Notes: generated by a model not told the origin, from the letters alone. Positions 5,960 through 15,847 are shown, counted from the first letter of the stretch. The stretch: DNA of 32,000 bases from Crocosphaera subtropica ATCC 51142 (GCF_000017845.1 NC_010546.1:3240001-3272000); one strand, 5' to 3'. Numbers and translations: made by a program.

Positions 5960-7198
5960 ATGACAACCACACCCATTTCCCCATCATCAAATCAAACCCA
6001 ATACCCTGATGAGATCGGACGCTTTGGCCAGTATGGGGGAAAATATGTGCCTGAAACCTTAATGCCGGCTTTGAGCGAACTGGAAACCGCTTATCGTCGC
6101 TACAAAGATGATCCTGACTTTCAAGCAGAATTATCACAATTATTAAAAGATTATGTCGGTCGTCCCAGTCCCCTCTATTTTGCTGAACGGTTAACCGAAC
6201 ATTACGCCCGTCCCGATGGTACTGGTCCACAAATTTATCTAAAACGGGAAGATTTAAACCACACTGGCGCGCATAAAATTAATAACGCCCTCGGTCAAGT
6301 TTTATTAGCGAAACGCATGGGTAAACAGCGTATTATCGCAGAAACCGGAGCCGGACAGCATGGGGTGGCAACGGCCACGGTTTGCGCCCGTTTTGGCTTA
6401 GAATGCGTCATTTACATGGGCATTCATGATATGGAACGGCAAAAACTTAATGTCTTCCGCATGAAACTGTTAGGGGCAACAGTGCAACCCGTAGAAGCAG
6501 GAACCGGAACCCTTAAAGATGCGACTTCAGAAGCCATTAGAGACTGGGTAACTAACGTAGAAACCACTCATTATATTTTAGGTTCGGTAGCTGGTCCCCA
6601 TCCTTATCCAATGATTGTACGAGACTTTCATCATATTATTGGCCAAGAAACCCGTCAGCAATGTCAAGAAAAATGGGACACTTTACCCGATATTTTACTG
6701 GCTTGTGTAGGTGGTGGTTCTAATGCCATGGGACTGTTTTATGAGTTTGTCAAAGATGCTGACATTCGTATTATTGGAGTAGAAGCAGCTGGGGAAAGTA
6801 TTGTTTCTGGAAAACACGCGGCAACCCTGACAAAAGGTCGTCCAGGGGTCTTACACGGGGCAATGAGTTATTTATTACAAGACGAAGAAGGACAGGTGAT
6901 AGAAGCCCATTCTATTAGTGCAGGGTTAGATTATCCTGGGGTTGGACCTGAACATAGTTATCTTAAAGATAGTGGTCGTGCTGAATATTATAGTGTTACG
7001 GATGCTGAAGCTGTGGCGGCCTTTCAACGGTTATCTGAGTTAGAAGGGATTATTCCAGCTTTAGAAACGTCTCATGCGATCGCCTATTTAGAAACCCTTT
7101 GTCCTCAACTTGAAGGCAGTCCCCGTATTATTATTAATTGTTCAGGCCGAGGAGACAAAGATGTGCAAACAGTGGCTAAATATTTAGGGAATGAGTAG
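5960..7198 (+). CDS. trpB: Tryptophan synthase beta chain
   Basis: 412 aa. [15 protein letters not shown], the PLP-lysine motif HTGAHKINN, and GGGSNAMG. Confidence 0.97.
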   Translation: MTTTPISPSSNQTQYPDEIGRFGQYGGKYVPETLMPALSELETAYRRYKDDPDFQAELSQLLKDYVGRPSPLYFAERLTEHYARPDGTGPQIYLKREDLNHTGAHKINNALGQVLLAKRMGKQRIIAETGAGQHGVATATVCARFGLECVIYMGIHDMERQKLNVFRMKLLGATVQPVEAGTGTLKDATSEAIRDWVTNVETTHYILGSVAGPHPYPMIVRDFHHIIGQETRQQCQEKWDTLPDILLACVGGGSNAMGLFYEFVKDADIRIIGVEAAGESIVSGKHAATLTKGRPGVLHGAMSYLLQDEEGQVIEAHSISAGLDYPGVGPEHSYLKDSGRAEYYSVTDAEAVAAFQRLSELEGIIPALETSHAIAYLETLCPQLEGSPRIIINCSGRGDKDVQTVAKYLGNE

Positions 7199-7210
7199 TT
7201 TATAGAAGCA

Positions 7211-7314
7211 GGGGAGCAGGGAGAAGGGAGCACAGGGAGAATAATATTAATTTTTTTTAATCTTCCCAAACTCCCCACACCCTACACCCTACACCCCACA
7301 GCCCACACCCAGAC
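7211..7314. repeat. Heptamer-period purine-rich and pyrimidine-rich arms flanking an AT spacer
   Basis: GGGGAGC-AGGGAGA-AGGGAGC-ACAGGGA (7211-7238), then an AT-rich spacer, then CCCCACA-CCCTACA-CCCTACA-CCCCACA-GCCCACA-CCCAGAC (7273-7314). Confidence 0.85.
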
Positions 7315-7325
7315 TAAAATTGTTA

Positions 7326-8048
7326 ATGATGTTCGTAGATAGTCGTAGAAAAAAACAATTAGAAACCTGCCTTCAAAAATTAGGGGTATGGGATACCTCA
7401 GTGGTTAATTTAGAATTGCTGGATCTCGCTCTAACTCATCCGACCATTTCTAGGGAAACTAACTATCAACAATTAGAGTTTGTAGGGGACTCTGTAATTA
7501 GATTGGTGTCTGCTGAGATATTATTAGAAACCTATCCCGATGAATTAGTAGGAGAATTTGCTGCTATTCGTTCTATTTTAGTGAGCGATCGCACGTTAGC
7601 GGAGTTTGCTGAACAATATGGCTTAGATCGTTATCTTCTCATGGCTGATAGCGTGGCACAAGATACAATGGGTCGGGTTTCTTGGTTAGCGGATGCTTTT
7701 GAAGCGGTATTGGGGGCATTATATCTCAGTACCAAAAACATGACGTTAGTGCGTCCTTGGTTAGATCCCTTATTACTGAAAAAAGCAGCCGAAATTCGTT
7801 CCGATCCAGCCCGTCAAAACTATAAAGATGCGCTGCAAGAATGGACTCAGGCTCAATACAAAATATTACCAGACTATCGTGTGACTGAACAACATAAAGA
7901 TCGCGGCCATGATGAACGATTTTTTGCCGAAGTTTCCCTTAAGGATCGTAAACTAGGATCAGGCTATGGTCGTTCTAAAAAGATGGCAGAACAAGCAGCG
8001 GCCAAAGATGCTTTTTACTCTGTTGTTCATCAAAAAATTGAAGGTTAA
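7326..8048 (+). CDS. rnc: Ribonuclease III
   Basis: The RNase III signature QQLEFVGDSV, a C-terminal dsRBD (YKDALQEW...GSGYGRSKKMAEQAAAKDA), and the first ATG at 7326 (the track ORF opens at TTG 7320). Confidence 0.93.
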   Translation: MMFVDSRRKKQLETCLQKLGVWDTSVVNLELLDLALTHPTISRETNYQQLEFVGDSVIRLVSAEILLETYPDELVGEFAAIRSILVSDRTLAEFAEQYGLDRYLLMADSVAQDTMGRVSWLADAFEAVLGALYLSTKNMTLVRPWLDPLLLKKAAEIRSDPARQNYKDALQEWTQAQYKILPDYRVTEQHKDRGHDERFFAEVSLKDRKLGSGYGRSKKMAEQAAAKDAFYSVVHQKIEG

Positions 8049-8050
8049 AC

Positions 8051-8794
8051 ATGACACAGTTAGACATTAAAACCGAAGACATTGTTATCAAGAATGGTGA
8101 CTTAAATATTGATGGTTATTTAGCAATGCCTACAGAAGACGGAGAATTTCCGGCGGTGATCGTTGTTCAAGAAATTTTTGGGGTTAATAATCATATTAAA
8201 GATGTCACCAGACGCTTTGCTAAAGAGGGATATGTAGCTATTGCCCCTGCTATTTATCAACGATTAGATCCTGGGTTTGAAACTGGTTACACCCCTGAAG
8301 CGATCGAGATCGGGCGAAAGTACAAAAATCAAACTAAAGCAGATGAATTATTATCAGATATTCAAGCAACAATTGACTATCTTTACACCTTATCTCAAGT
8401 GAAAAAAACAGGGGTAGGAACCATCGGTTTTTGTTTTGGGGGTCATGTGGTTTATTTAGTTGCAACCTTACCCAAAATTAAAGCGACGGCTTCTTTTTAC
8501 GGGGCAGGTATTGCTAACTGGAAACCAGGGGAAGAAGGTAAAGCGACAGTTGATTGTACGCCAGATATTAAAGGGACTTTATATGCGTTTTTCGGGAAAG
8601 AAGATGGGAGTATTCCTCAAGAACAAGTTGATATGATTGAAAAGGCTTTAAAAGATCATAATATTCCCCATAAAGTGTTTCGCTATAATGGTGCAGAACA
8701 TGGCTTTTTCTGTGATCAACGAGGCAGTTATAATGCAGAAGCTGCTCAAGATGCTTGGCCAAAGGTGTTAGAATTATTCAAAAGCGAATTATAG
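8051..8794 (+). CDS. Dienelactone hydrolase family protein
   Basis: 247 aa. PAVIVVQEIFGVNNHIKDV, the nucleophile motif GFCFGG, and C-terminal EHGF. It starts 2 nt after the rnc stop codon. Confidence 0.88.
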   Translation: MTQLDIKTEDIVIKNGDLNIDGYLAMPTEDGEFPAVIVVQEIFGVNNHIKDVTRRFAKEGYVAIAPAIYQRLDPGFETGYTPEAIEIGRKYKNQTKADELLSDIQATIDYLYTLSQVKKTGVGTIGFCFGGHVVYLVATLPKIKATASFYGAGIANWKPGEEGKATVDCTPDIKGTLYAFFGKEDGSIPQEQVDMIEKALKDHNIPHKVFRYNGAEHGFFCDQRGSYNAEAAQDAWPKVLELFKSEL

Positions 8795-8806
8795 GTCTAA
8801 TTCAAT

Positions 8807-8844
8807 AGCAAAACAGTCTTAAGTCGATGGTTTTGCTTGATTTT
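8807..8844 (+). terminator. Rho-independent terminator
   Basis: AGCAAAAC(8807-8814)/GTTTTGCT(8830-8837), followed by TGATTTT. Confidence 0.7.
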
Positions 8845-9013
8845 AACAAAAATTAAAGACTTACCCTAGGGCTTCAATGGTATGATAAGGCAGAAATATT
8901 GAGGTTATAAACAGGTTATGACTTGCCTCGTGTTTTTTGTAAGTTTGAACCTTAATTCTTAACTTTAATATGATCGCCTTAACTTCAAAAGATCATACCT
9001 TCTTTCCTCAGTC

Positions 9014-9961
9014 ATGAAAAAGAAATTATATTATTTACTGTGTGTTTTTTTAGGAATAATGGTTATGTTCCTAGTTTTTATCCCGTCTCACACAGTGGCT
9101 CAAAATTCTCCGATGGAAATTAAAATCGCCACAGGAAATGAAGCAGGAGAATATTACTCGGTTGCCAAAGATTTAGAAAAGTTTGCTCTTACTAAAAATC
9201 TCGATCTTGATCTCATTCCAACTAGAGGAGCATTAGATAATATTGATACTGTTTTTCGTCATGAAACAATTCCTTTAGGGGTGACACAAAGTGATCTTCT
9301 AGCCTTTCTTAATACCTTTGCTAACAAAGATGAAATGGCACGGTTAACAGCAGAATCCATTCGAGCGGTTTTACCTTTGTATGATGAAGAAATACATCTA
9401 ATTACCCGAAAAGACATTAATTCCGCCTCAGAATTAACAGGAAAACGGGTATCTATTGGAGAGTCAGGTAGTGGAACCAGTACCACCGCTTCTACATTAA
9501 TTTATCACTTAGATATTCAACCGAAAGCTATACAAGCTTTAGATATTAAACGCAGTATTGATGCTCTTCGTAAACAAGAAATTGATGGCTTTTTCTATGT
9601 AGTTGGTGTTCCTGCGAAAGTATTAGAAGAACAGATCCTACCAGAAGATAACTTTCAAGTTTTACCCTTAGCTTTACCGACCCAACCTAATGATGAATTT
9701 TTAGCGAAAATTTATGCAAATGCCGTTCTTCCTGCTAATACTTATAGTTGGCAAACAGAACCCGTTAATACCTTAAAAGTTAAATCCTATTTATTTACCT
9801 TTGCTGATGAAGACTGTAACTATGTCACTCCCGTAGCTAAATTAATCAGAGAAAATTTAGCTTGGTTCCAAGAAAACGGTGATCCTGTTTGGAAAAAAGT
9901 CAACCCAAAAGATTTATCACAACTTAATTCTCAACGGGTGTCGAGTTGTGCTGCTATGTAA
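9014..9961 (+). CDS. TAXI-family TRAP-type solute-binding protein (orphan; no permease adjacent)
   Basis: 315 aa with a signal/anchor sequence. KIATGNEAGEYYSVAKDL, GVTQSDLL and LYDEEIHLITRKD...LTGKRVSIGESGSGTSTTA fit the TAXI/NMT1-like pattern. Confidence 0.8.
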   Translation: MKKKLYYLLCVFLGIMVMFLVFIPSHTVAQNSPMEIKIATGNEAGEYYSVAKDLEKFALTKNLDLDLIPTRGALDNIDTVFRHETIPLGVTQSDLLAFLNTFANKDEMARLTAESIRAVLPLYDEEIHLITRKDINSASELTGKRVSIGESGSGTSTTASTLIYHLDIQPKAIQALDIKRSIDALRKQEIDGFFYVVGVPAKVLEEQILPEDNFQVLPLALPTQPNDEFLAKIYANAVLPANTYSWQTEPVNTLKVKSYLFTFADEDCNYVTPVAKLIRENLAWFQENGDPVWKKVNPKDLSQLNSQRVSSCAAM

Positions 9962-9985
9962 TTTATATTTTAAGGATAGAGAATA

Positions 9986-10582
9986 ATGATTATTAATTGC
10001 CTCAACCATTTTACTATTGTTACTGGTATTAGTCTGGGACTTCTCTTGCAGACTATTCCAGCAGAAGCTCAACGTACCATAACCTGTGAATCTTTTAAGT
10101 ATCGTTATCAATTTTGTCGCACTAATACCCGTGGAGGGGTAAGACTGACCCGACAACTGAGTAACACTCGGTGTGTCGAAGGAGATACCTGGGGCTATGA
10201 TCGAGAAGGTATCTGGGTCGATAGAGGTTGCGTGGCTGAGTTTAGCGTACGCGGCCGGGACCCTGGTTATGATAACAGTAATAATAGTAGTGGGGGTAGT
10301 GATGCGGCCGCTATTGTGGGAGGTGCGTTAGTGGTTGGGGCGATCGCTGCAGCCATTGCCGGTGGCTCGAATAATAATAGTAGTGATGGCCGAACCATTA
10401 CCTGTAATTCAGATAATGATCAATATACGACTTGTCCCGTCTCTCTGGGTAGGGATGACTGGATCGTTCTCGATCGCCAGTTGAGTCAAGCGGGTTGTTG
10501 GGAAGGGGATACCTGGGGCTATGACAGTCAAAAAATTTGGGTTGATAATGGCTGTCGAGGTGTCTTTGAAATTAGACGCTAA
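9986..10582 (+). CDS. DUF3011-type protein with two Cys-rich modules
   Basis: 198 aa with a signal peptide. Two repeats of RTITC-x-(Y)-x-C...RQLS...C.EGDTWGYD..(G)IWVD.GC...F (aa 30-89 and 136-198) are separated by an N/S-rich linker that contains AAAIVGGALVVGAIAAAIAGG. Confidence 0.82.
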   Translation: MIINCLNHFTIVTGISLGLLLQTIPAEAQRTITCESFKYRYQFCRTNTRGGVRLTRQLSNTRCVEGDTWGYDREGIWVDRGCVAEFSVRGRDPGYDNSNNSSGGSDAAAIVGGALVVGAIAAAIAGGSNNNSSDGRTITCNSDNDQYTTCPVSLGRDDWIVLDRQLSQAGCWEGDTWGYDSQKIWVDNGCRGVFEIRR

Positions 10583-10601
10583 TTAATAATTGTTGATTCT
10601 C

Positions 10602-10669
10602 AGAATGTAGAATGTGCAATCAAGAATGTTTAATCACACTAATTCTAAATTCTACATTCTAAATTCTCA
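10602..10669. terminator. Inverted heptamer arrays forming a hairpin between convergent genes
   Basis: AGAATGT x2 (10602-10615) plus a third copy at 10623-10629, opposed to ATTCTAA-ATTCTAC-ATTCTAA-ATTCTCA (10642-10669). A 12-bp stem forms between 10602-10613 and 10649-10660. Confidence 0.6.
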
Positions 10670-10673
10670 ATTT

Positions 10674-11873
10674 TTAACCTTCCCAGATGCCTAATTCTTT
10701 TAATCCATTGCGTAAACTTTCGGCTGCAACTTGATTGTTTTGGGCTTCATAAAGGCTAACGGCTTTTTTAAAAGCTTCGGAACTTTCAGGGAGTTTCTTC
10801 AACTTAAATAAAACAACCCCTAAGTTTTGATAAGCTGCTGCATAATTGGGACTTAAAGAGATTAATTTTTCATAAATAGCCACTGCGTCAGCTAACTTTC
10901 CCATAGCACTCAAAGTCATGGCAAAGTTATAGTATCCCGTGATAAAACTGGGATCAATTTTGAGGGTGGTTTCATAAGCTTGGGCTGCGTTTTTATAGTC
11001 TCCCATGCTCTGCAAAACTACACCAATATTATTGTAAGCTCCTAACTTTAAGGGTGGCATAATCGGCTGATCAATCGCTTTTTGAAAGTGTTTAATTGCC
11101 TTTTCTGTCTCTTCTTGTTTACTGAGGAGGTTTCCTAAGTGATAATGGAGTTCATATAAAACATGAGTATCGGCTTTATTGGATTTTAAACCCTGTTTAA
11201 ATAATTTGATAGCTTGTTTCTCTTTACCAATTTGAGCGTATAAAGCCCCTAGTTTACTACAAGTATAGGGATCATTCGGATGTTCTTTTATAAACTTTTC
11301 CATCGCCTGTTGAGCGCGATTATACTTATCTAAAGAGGCGATCGCCCCTGGAGTATAACCGTAATGAAACACAGTGATAGCAGGAAGATCAACAATTTTC
11401 CAATGACTTTCTTTTTTTATTAATTCACTGACACTATCATCAATAATGGCATGATAAGGTCGGGAAAAACTGACCTCTGGATGTTTCCGAAATAAACGAG
11501 AGACTAAAGAATAGGGAGACTGAGAAGAACCAATTTCATGACGAACTAAATTAACCACTAAATTTTCATCTTTATCGATGGCTTCTTTGATTTGTGGTGC
11601 TACTTTTTTGTTTAAAACTTCATCCGCATCTAAAATTAAAACCCAATCACCTGTAACATATTTTAATGCCTCATTTCTGGCCTCTGCAAAATCATTGCCC
11701 CATTCAAATGTCGGTATATTGGCCCCAAATTTTTGAGCAATTTCTACGGTTTTATCCGTTGATCCTGTGTCCATAACTACTATTTCGTCAACAACATCTT
11801 GGACACTTTCTAAACATTTGGATAGGGTTGCTTCTTCATTTTTGACAATCATGCAGAGGCTTAATTTTGTCAT
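10674..11873 (-). CDS. Family 2 glycosyltransferase with C-terminal TPR repeats
   Basis: LSLCMIVKNEE...MDTGSTD...ILDADE in the GT2 core, followed by several TPR-like repeats (A..Y..AL.L.P). ATG at 11873; the track ORF opens at TTG 11885. Confidence 0.88.
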   Translation of the reverse strand: MTKLSLCMIVKNEEATLSKCLESVQDVVDEIVVMDTGSTDKTVEIAQKFGANIPTFEWGNDFAEARNEALKYVTGDWVLILDADEVLNKKVAPQIKEAIDKDENLVVNLVRHEIGSSQSPYSLVSRLFRKHPEVSFSRPYHAIIDDSVSELIKKESHWKIVDLPAITVFHYGYTPGAIASLDKYNRAQQAMEKFIKEHPNDPYTCSKLGALYAQIGKEKQAIKLFKQGLKSNKADTHVLYELHYHLGNLLSKQEETEKAIKHFQKAIDQPIMPPLKLGAYNNIGVVLQSMGDYKNAAQAYETTLKIDPSFITGYYNFAMTLSAMGKLADAVAIYEKLISLSPNYAAAYQNLGVVLFKLKKLPESSEAFKKAVSLYEAQNNQVAAESLRNGLKELGIWEG

Positions 11874-11890
11874 GATGACTCCCAATATTT

Positions 11891-12646
11891 CTACTTCTTA
11901 CGTTGAGGAAAGTGGTCGATCTTAGCAATACCATAAAAGATGAGTTCCTTTTTACGGATACGAACCCGATCCACTTTTAATTGTGTTCCGTCTAAGGCAA
12001 ATTTATCTAAGTCTAGCAAGTTATTTACATGATCAATCAAAGATTTTCCTAAATTTTTCGCTTTCTCATCCCCTTTATAGGTGACGTTGACAAATTGAAT
12101 TTTGCGACGATCTAACACTTCAATTTCTGAAGTCATGTCTAGGTTCACCGTTTCACCAGTTTTCCCTAGCTGAATTTGACTTCTGAGAGTCAATGATTTA
12201 TCTTCATTGACTAGCATTTCTGTTTTTTTGAAGTTTAACGCCTGTCCTTCGTACTGTAAGCGTTGCAGCTTTTCGACAACAAAGGGGGTATTAAAGGAAG
12301 TGGTTAAGTCTTCTTCGGTGAGAACAACTCGCATGGTTGCTTGAGTGGGTTGTCTTAGTTTGACCTGTCCTTTGAAAATGGCACTAAAATCAATCGACAC
12401 CGCTTCGACATAGAGTTCCATCCCGTCGATGCGTAGGCCGTTGTACATCAGCATTCCATTACCGATGAAGTCAAAACCGTCCACACTGCCTTGTAATAAC
12501 TTGGCAACGGGTTCGGCCCTCACCATGGCTTCTATCTTACCGGTTCGCTTGAATAAAGCTGCGATCGCGGTACTCACTGCTTTACTGACGATCTGATCGC
12601 CACCTTGATTGGGAAAAGGAAGGGTTCCAAACACAACTGCTGTCAT
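11891..12646 (-). CDS. Conserved hypothetical protein (possibly DUF2993/LmeA-like)
   Basis: 251-aa ORF with host-like composition and a HIP1 site inside (12561). It is tightly packed upstream of the GT2 gene. The family assignment is from memory only. Confidence 0.75.
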   Translation of the reverse strand: MTAVVFGTLPFPNQGGDQIVSKAVSTAIAALFKRTGKIEAMVRAEPVAKLLQGSVDGFDFIGNGMLMYNGLRIDGMELYVEAVSIDFSAIFKGQVKLRQPTQATMRVVLTEEDLTTSFNTPFVVEKLQRLQYEGQALNFKKTEMLVNEDKSLTLRSQIQLGKTGETVNLDMTSEIEVLDRRKIQFVNVTYKGDEKAKNLGKSLIDHVNNLLDLDKFALDGTQLKVDRVRIRKKELIFYGIAKIDHFPQRKK

Positions 12647-12908
12647 TATCCATTACTGGGTTGTACGTCTTTTGATCTTAACATTAAGAAATATTAACTG
12701 CTGTTACTTTTCTTTATATTTTGCATTAAGAATAACCAATCATAGATATAAGCAAATTAATACAATTCACTTCAGTCTGGGATAAGGTTAAGAGTGTTGA
12801 ACGTAATTAGGTATCTTAAATCTATCCTAAATTTGGGTTTCCATAACAAAAATGAACGTTAAGATTGTACACGAAAATTTAGACATCAAAAGAAAAGGAC
12901 AATTAACA

Positions 12909-13268
12909 ATGAAAAATTTAAGACTGACTCAATCAGTAATAGTATTAACGGCAATTGTCGCAGGTGGGGGTATTAGTTCTAATGCCTATGCACAAGCTGA
13001 TCCACAAGATGAAATTCGCTATGTTCAAGAAACTGTAAAAGTGCTTTATGAAGAAGAACCGAATCAAGCATTTACCGTACGGGAATTGTTACAAGATGGT
13101 TATAAAATGTGTGAAACAATTGCGAATAATACTAATAATAACTCCCTAGAAAATTTAGCAGAAGATGCCATTCGCTCCGGGTTGGGAATAGGACGTAGTC
13201 GTTCTCAAGAATCCGAAGACAATCCTGAAATGATGAGAATTGCTCAACGATACCTTTGTGAGAGTTAG
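12909..13268 (+). CDS. Small secreted hypothetical protein
   Basis: MKNLRLTQSVIVLTAIVAGGGISSNAYA-Q signal peptide. The mature part has 2 Cys. A terminator follows 22 nt downstream. The track ORF begins at 12852. Confidence 0.7.
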   Translation: MKNLRLTQSVIVLTAIVAGGGISSNAYAQADPQDEIRYVQETVKVLYEEEPNQAFTVRELLQDGYKMCETIANNTNNNSLENLAEDAIRSGLGIGRSRSQESEDNPEMMRIAQRYLCES

Positions 13269-13289
13269 TTAACCTGATCTCGTTAACAG

Positions 13290-13334
13290 CCTCAACTTTT
13301 TTCAGTATTAATGCTGAATTTAGTTGAGGTTTTC
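13290..13334 (+). terminator. Rho-independent terminator
   Basis: CCTCAACT(13290-13297)/AGTTGAGG(13322-13329), followed by TTTTC. Confidence 0.8.
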
Positions 13335-13623
13335 ATCTGGCTAATATGAGTAAACATACGCTATTATTTTTCTTTTAATGGGGGATTAAGGGAATTTAAC
13401 TAAGGGATTCACTCCTAAAAATCTGTAACTTTGCCCTTTATTGTTTTCTCAAGCTCATGATACTTTTTTATATTTTCATATAATCACTTAATACTTTATA
13501 AAAACTTTAAAAAACTTGTTAACTATAAGGGTAAAAAATCATTCCGTAAATATTTGCAGATTTAAAAAAAAATGTTACATTGTTGTCTGTAAATAGTTAA
13601 AATATATTAAATAAATAACTCTT

Positions 13624-14853
13624 ATGAATGTTAGCCAATGCTTACTGTTTAGAAAAAAAGATAACCCTAATGGTGGTGCTACTTTGTTAGAACTATTACT
13701 GGGAAGTGCTTTAATGGCTTTTGTGGTTAGTATGGCAGGATGGGGATTAGTACATATCCTAGCAACGGATCAAAAAGCATCAGCAAAAGAGACGATTCAA
13801 TATAATTCCAATCGAGCTTTAGAATTTCTAACAGATGAAATAAAACTAGGAAGAAAAATAGACTCTGATGCGGTTGCAGCCTTAGCTGAGGCTCCTGATT
13901 TTACGCTTCCTGATGGAGCCAAACCTATTGTTGTTTTTCAAGTTCCTGATGTTCCTCAACGAGTGATTTACTATACAAGACCAATTGAAGAGGGAGAGGT
14001 TTGGGAAGGACCAGATGTGCTTGAACGATGGGGACCTCGCTTTAATGAGGAAGGTCAATATGATGAAACCGAAATTAATAATCCTGAAAATTGGGAGTCT
14101 TCTATCTTAATTGATAGTATTGATAACACAGCACACACCCCTACTTGTGACACAGATTGGCAAGCTAGTAACCCTAATTCAACTGAAGGATTTAACGCTT
14201 GTGTTAATTCTGAAGAAAAACTGGTAAAACTTCATTTAGCCACTACCATAGATAATCCTACTTGGCATAACGAGATTAATTATCAAGTTGAAACGACGGC
14301 TTTTGCTAGAAGCAACCTAACCCAAGGATTTACTGAGGATACGCCTATATTCAGTGTTAGTAATAAAAAGTTAATGCTTGAAAAACCAGCAACTGTCAAG
14401 TTTGAAGTCTTAGGAGGTGAGATTACTTGTGGTGCTGGAGGGGTAGAAATTCCTGTGGAAACCAATCTTTATATTGATGAAACTAAACACAGTTGGGATG
14501 GTGATTCTCCCTTAAACTTACCTAATCAATCAGCAGGAACAACCTTTGATGTAGAGTCGATCGCAGGAAATGGTTCAATTTGTAATAAACACAATCTAAC
14601 TGCTTCTAGTGCTGATCCAGACAGTCCACAGCTTGAAGTTCTGGTTAATGGAGATCCCGTGCCGGATGTTACCCCTTTTGCTGATCAGAATACCATTGAA
14701 TTCTTTTTACAAGAGTATATTAAGGATGGAAAAATTAACATTGCTGAAAATCAAGTTATTTATCTGTTTGAACTAGGATCACGAGACAAAGGATCTTCAG
14801 CTTTTGATCTACAAGATAATGTTGTCCTAGCAACCGTTGAGAGTGCTAATTAA
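13624..14853 (+). CDS. Prepilin-type N-terminal cleavage/methylation-domain protein, PilW-like minor pilin or pseudopilin
   Basis: 409 aa. Class III signal: KKDNPNGG-ATLLELLLGSALMAFVV, with Glu at +5 after the predicted cleavage. It is followed by ...NSNRALEFLTDEIKLGRKI, reminiscent of PilW. Confidence 0.75.
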   Translation: MNVSQCLLFRKKDNPNGGATLLELLLGSALMAFVVSMAGWGLVHILATDQKASAKETIQYNSNRALEFLTDEIKLGRKIDSDAVAALAEAPDFTLPDGAKPIVVFQVPDVPQRVIYYTRPIEEGEVWEGPDVLERWGPRFNEEGQYDETEINNPENWESSILIDSIDNTAHTPTCDTDWQASNPNSTEGFNACVNSEEKLVKLHLATTIDNPTWHNEINYQVETTAFARSNLTQGFTEDTPIFSVSNKKLMLEKPATVKFEVLGGEITCGAGGVEIPVETNLYIDETKHSWDGDSPLNLPNQSAGTTFDVESIAGNGSICNKHNLTASSADPDSPQLEVLVNGDPVPDVTPFADQNTIEFFLQEYIKDGKINIAENQVIYLFELGSRDKGSSAFDLQDNVVLATVESAN

Positions 14854-14947
14854 CGTCAATTCGGGATAAGTCCAAAGGTTAACCAAATCGTTGCCTAACA
14901 CACCTATTATTACGTTTGATATGCTCTTAACTCTTAACTCAGGTTAA

Positions 14948-15847
14948 TTAATTCTCTTCTCCGGCATGATAGGAACTACGAACTAAAGGACCAGAACGAA
15001 CATGAGAAAAACCCAAAGAACGAGCGATTTCTCCCAATTTTTCAAATTCTTCAGGAGTCCAATATTTCTGTACCGAAAGATGAGCTAAAGAAGGACGCAT
15101 ATATTGTCCTAACGTAATGCGATCGCATTGCACCCGTCTTAAATCCTTTAACGTTGTGATAATTTCTGTCTCGGTTTCCCCGTGACCTAACATTAACCCT
15201 GATTTTGTGGGAATGGTCGAATCTATTTCTTTAACCCATCGCAATACATCGAGCGATCGCTCATATTTTGCCCCTCGTCTCACTGGACCTTGTAAACGCT
15301 GCACCGTTTCAATATTATGGTTGTAGCAAGCTGGTTTTGCCTTTACAACGGTACTAATTCGTTCTTTTTGACTTTTTTGACCTCCTTGTCCTCCCCAAAA
15401 GTCCGGGGTTAAAACTTCTATGTCCGTGTTGGGGTTAAGGGTACGAATAGCAGTCATGGTTTTAACGAACCAGTTAGCCCCACCGTCTTCTAAATCATCC
15501 CGTGCAACGGAGGTAAGAACAACGTAGCTTAATCCTAATAATTTAACGGATTCTGCTACTTTTTGGGGTTCTTCTGGGTCTAGAGATATGGGTGCGTGAC
15601 CTTTATCTACTTGGCAAAAGGCACAAGAACGGGTACAAGTTGGCCCCATTAACAGAAAGGTTGCTGTTCTATTACTGTAACATTCTCCACGATTAGGACA
15701 ACGGCCTTCTTCGCAAATCGTATGAATATTACGAGTTTTTATAATTTTTTGAACGGTAGAAAGTTCACTTGCTTTTCCTATTGGTTTTTTTAACCAATAG
15801 GGAATTGGAGTAATATTAATATCATTTTTCAGAGAACTTTTAGCCAT
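14948..15847 (-). CDS. lipA: Lipoyl synthase
   Basis: 299 aa. [12 protein letters not shown] and the radical-SAM motif CTRSCAFC. Confidence 0.96.
   Translation of the reverse strand: MAKSSLKNDINITPIPYWLKKPIGKASELSTVQKIIKTRNIHTICEEGRCPNRGECYSNRTATFLLMGPTCTRSCAFCQVDKGHAPISLDPEEPQKVAESVKLLGLSYVVLTSVARDDLEDGGANWFVKTMTAIRTLNPNTDIEVLTPDFWGGQGGQKSQKERISTVVKAKPACYNHNIETVQRLQGPVRRGAKYERSLDVLRWVKEIDSTIPTKSGLMLGHGETETEIITTLKDLRRVQCDRITLGQYMRPSLAHLSVQKYWTPEEFEKLGEIARSLGFSHVRSGPLVRSSYHAGEEN

Noticed and set aside
5931-6230. 99-aa minus-strand ORF overlapping the trpB start
   Set aside because: It is antisense to the well-conserved trpB N-terminus and has no motifs.
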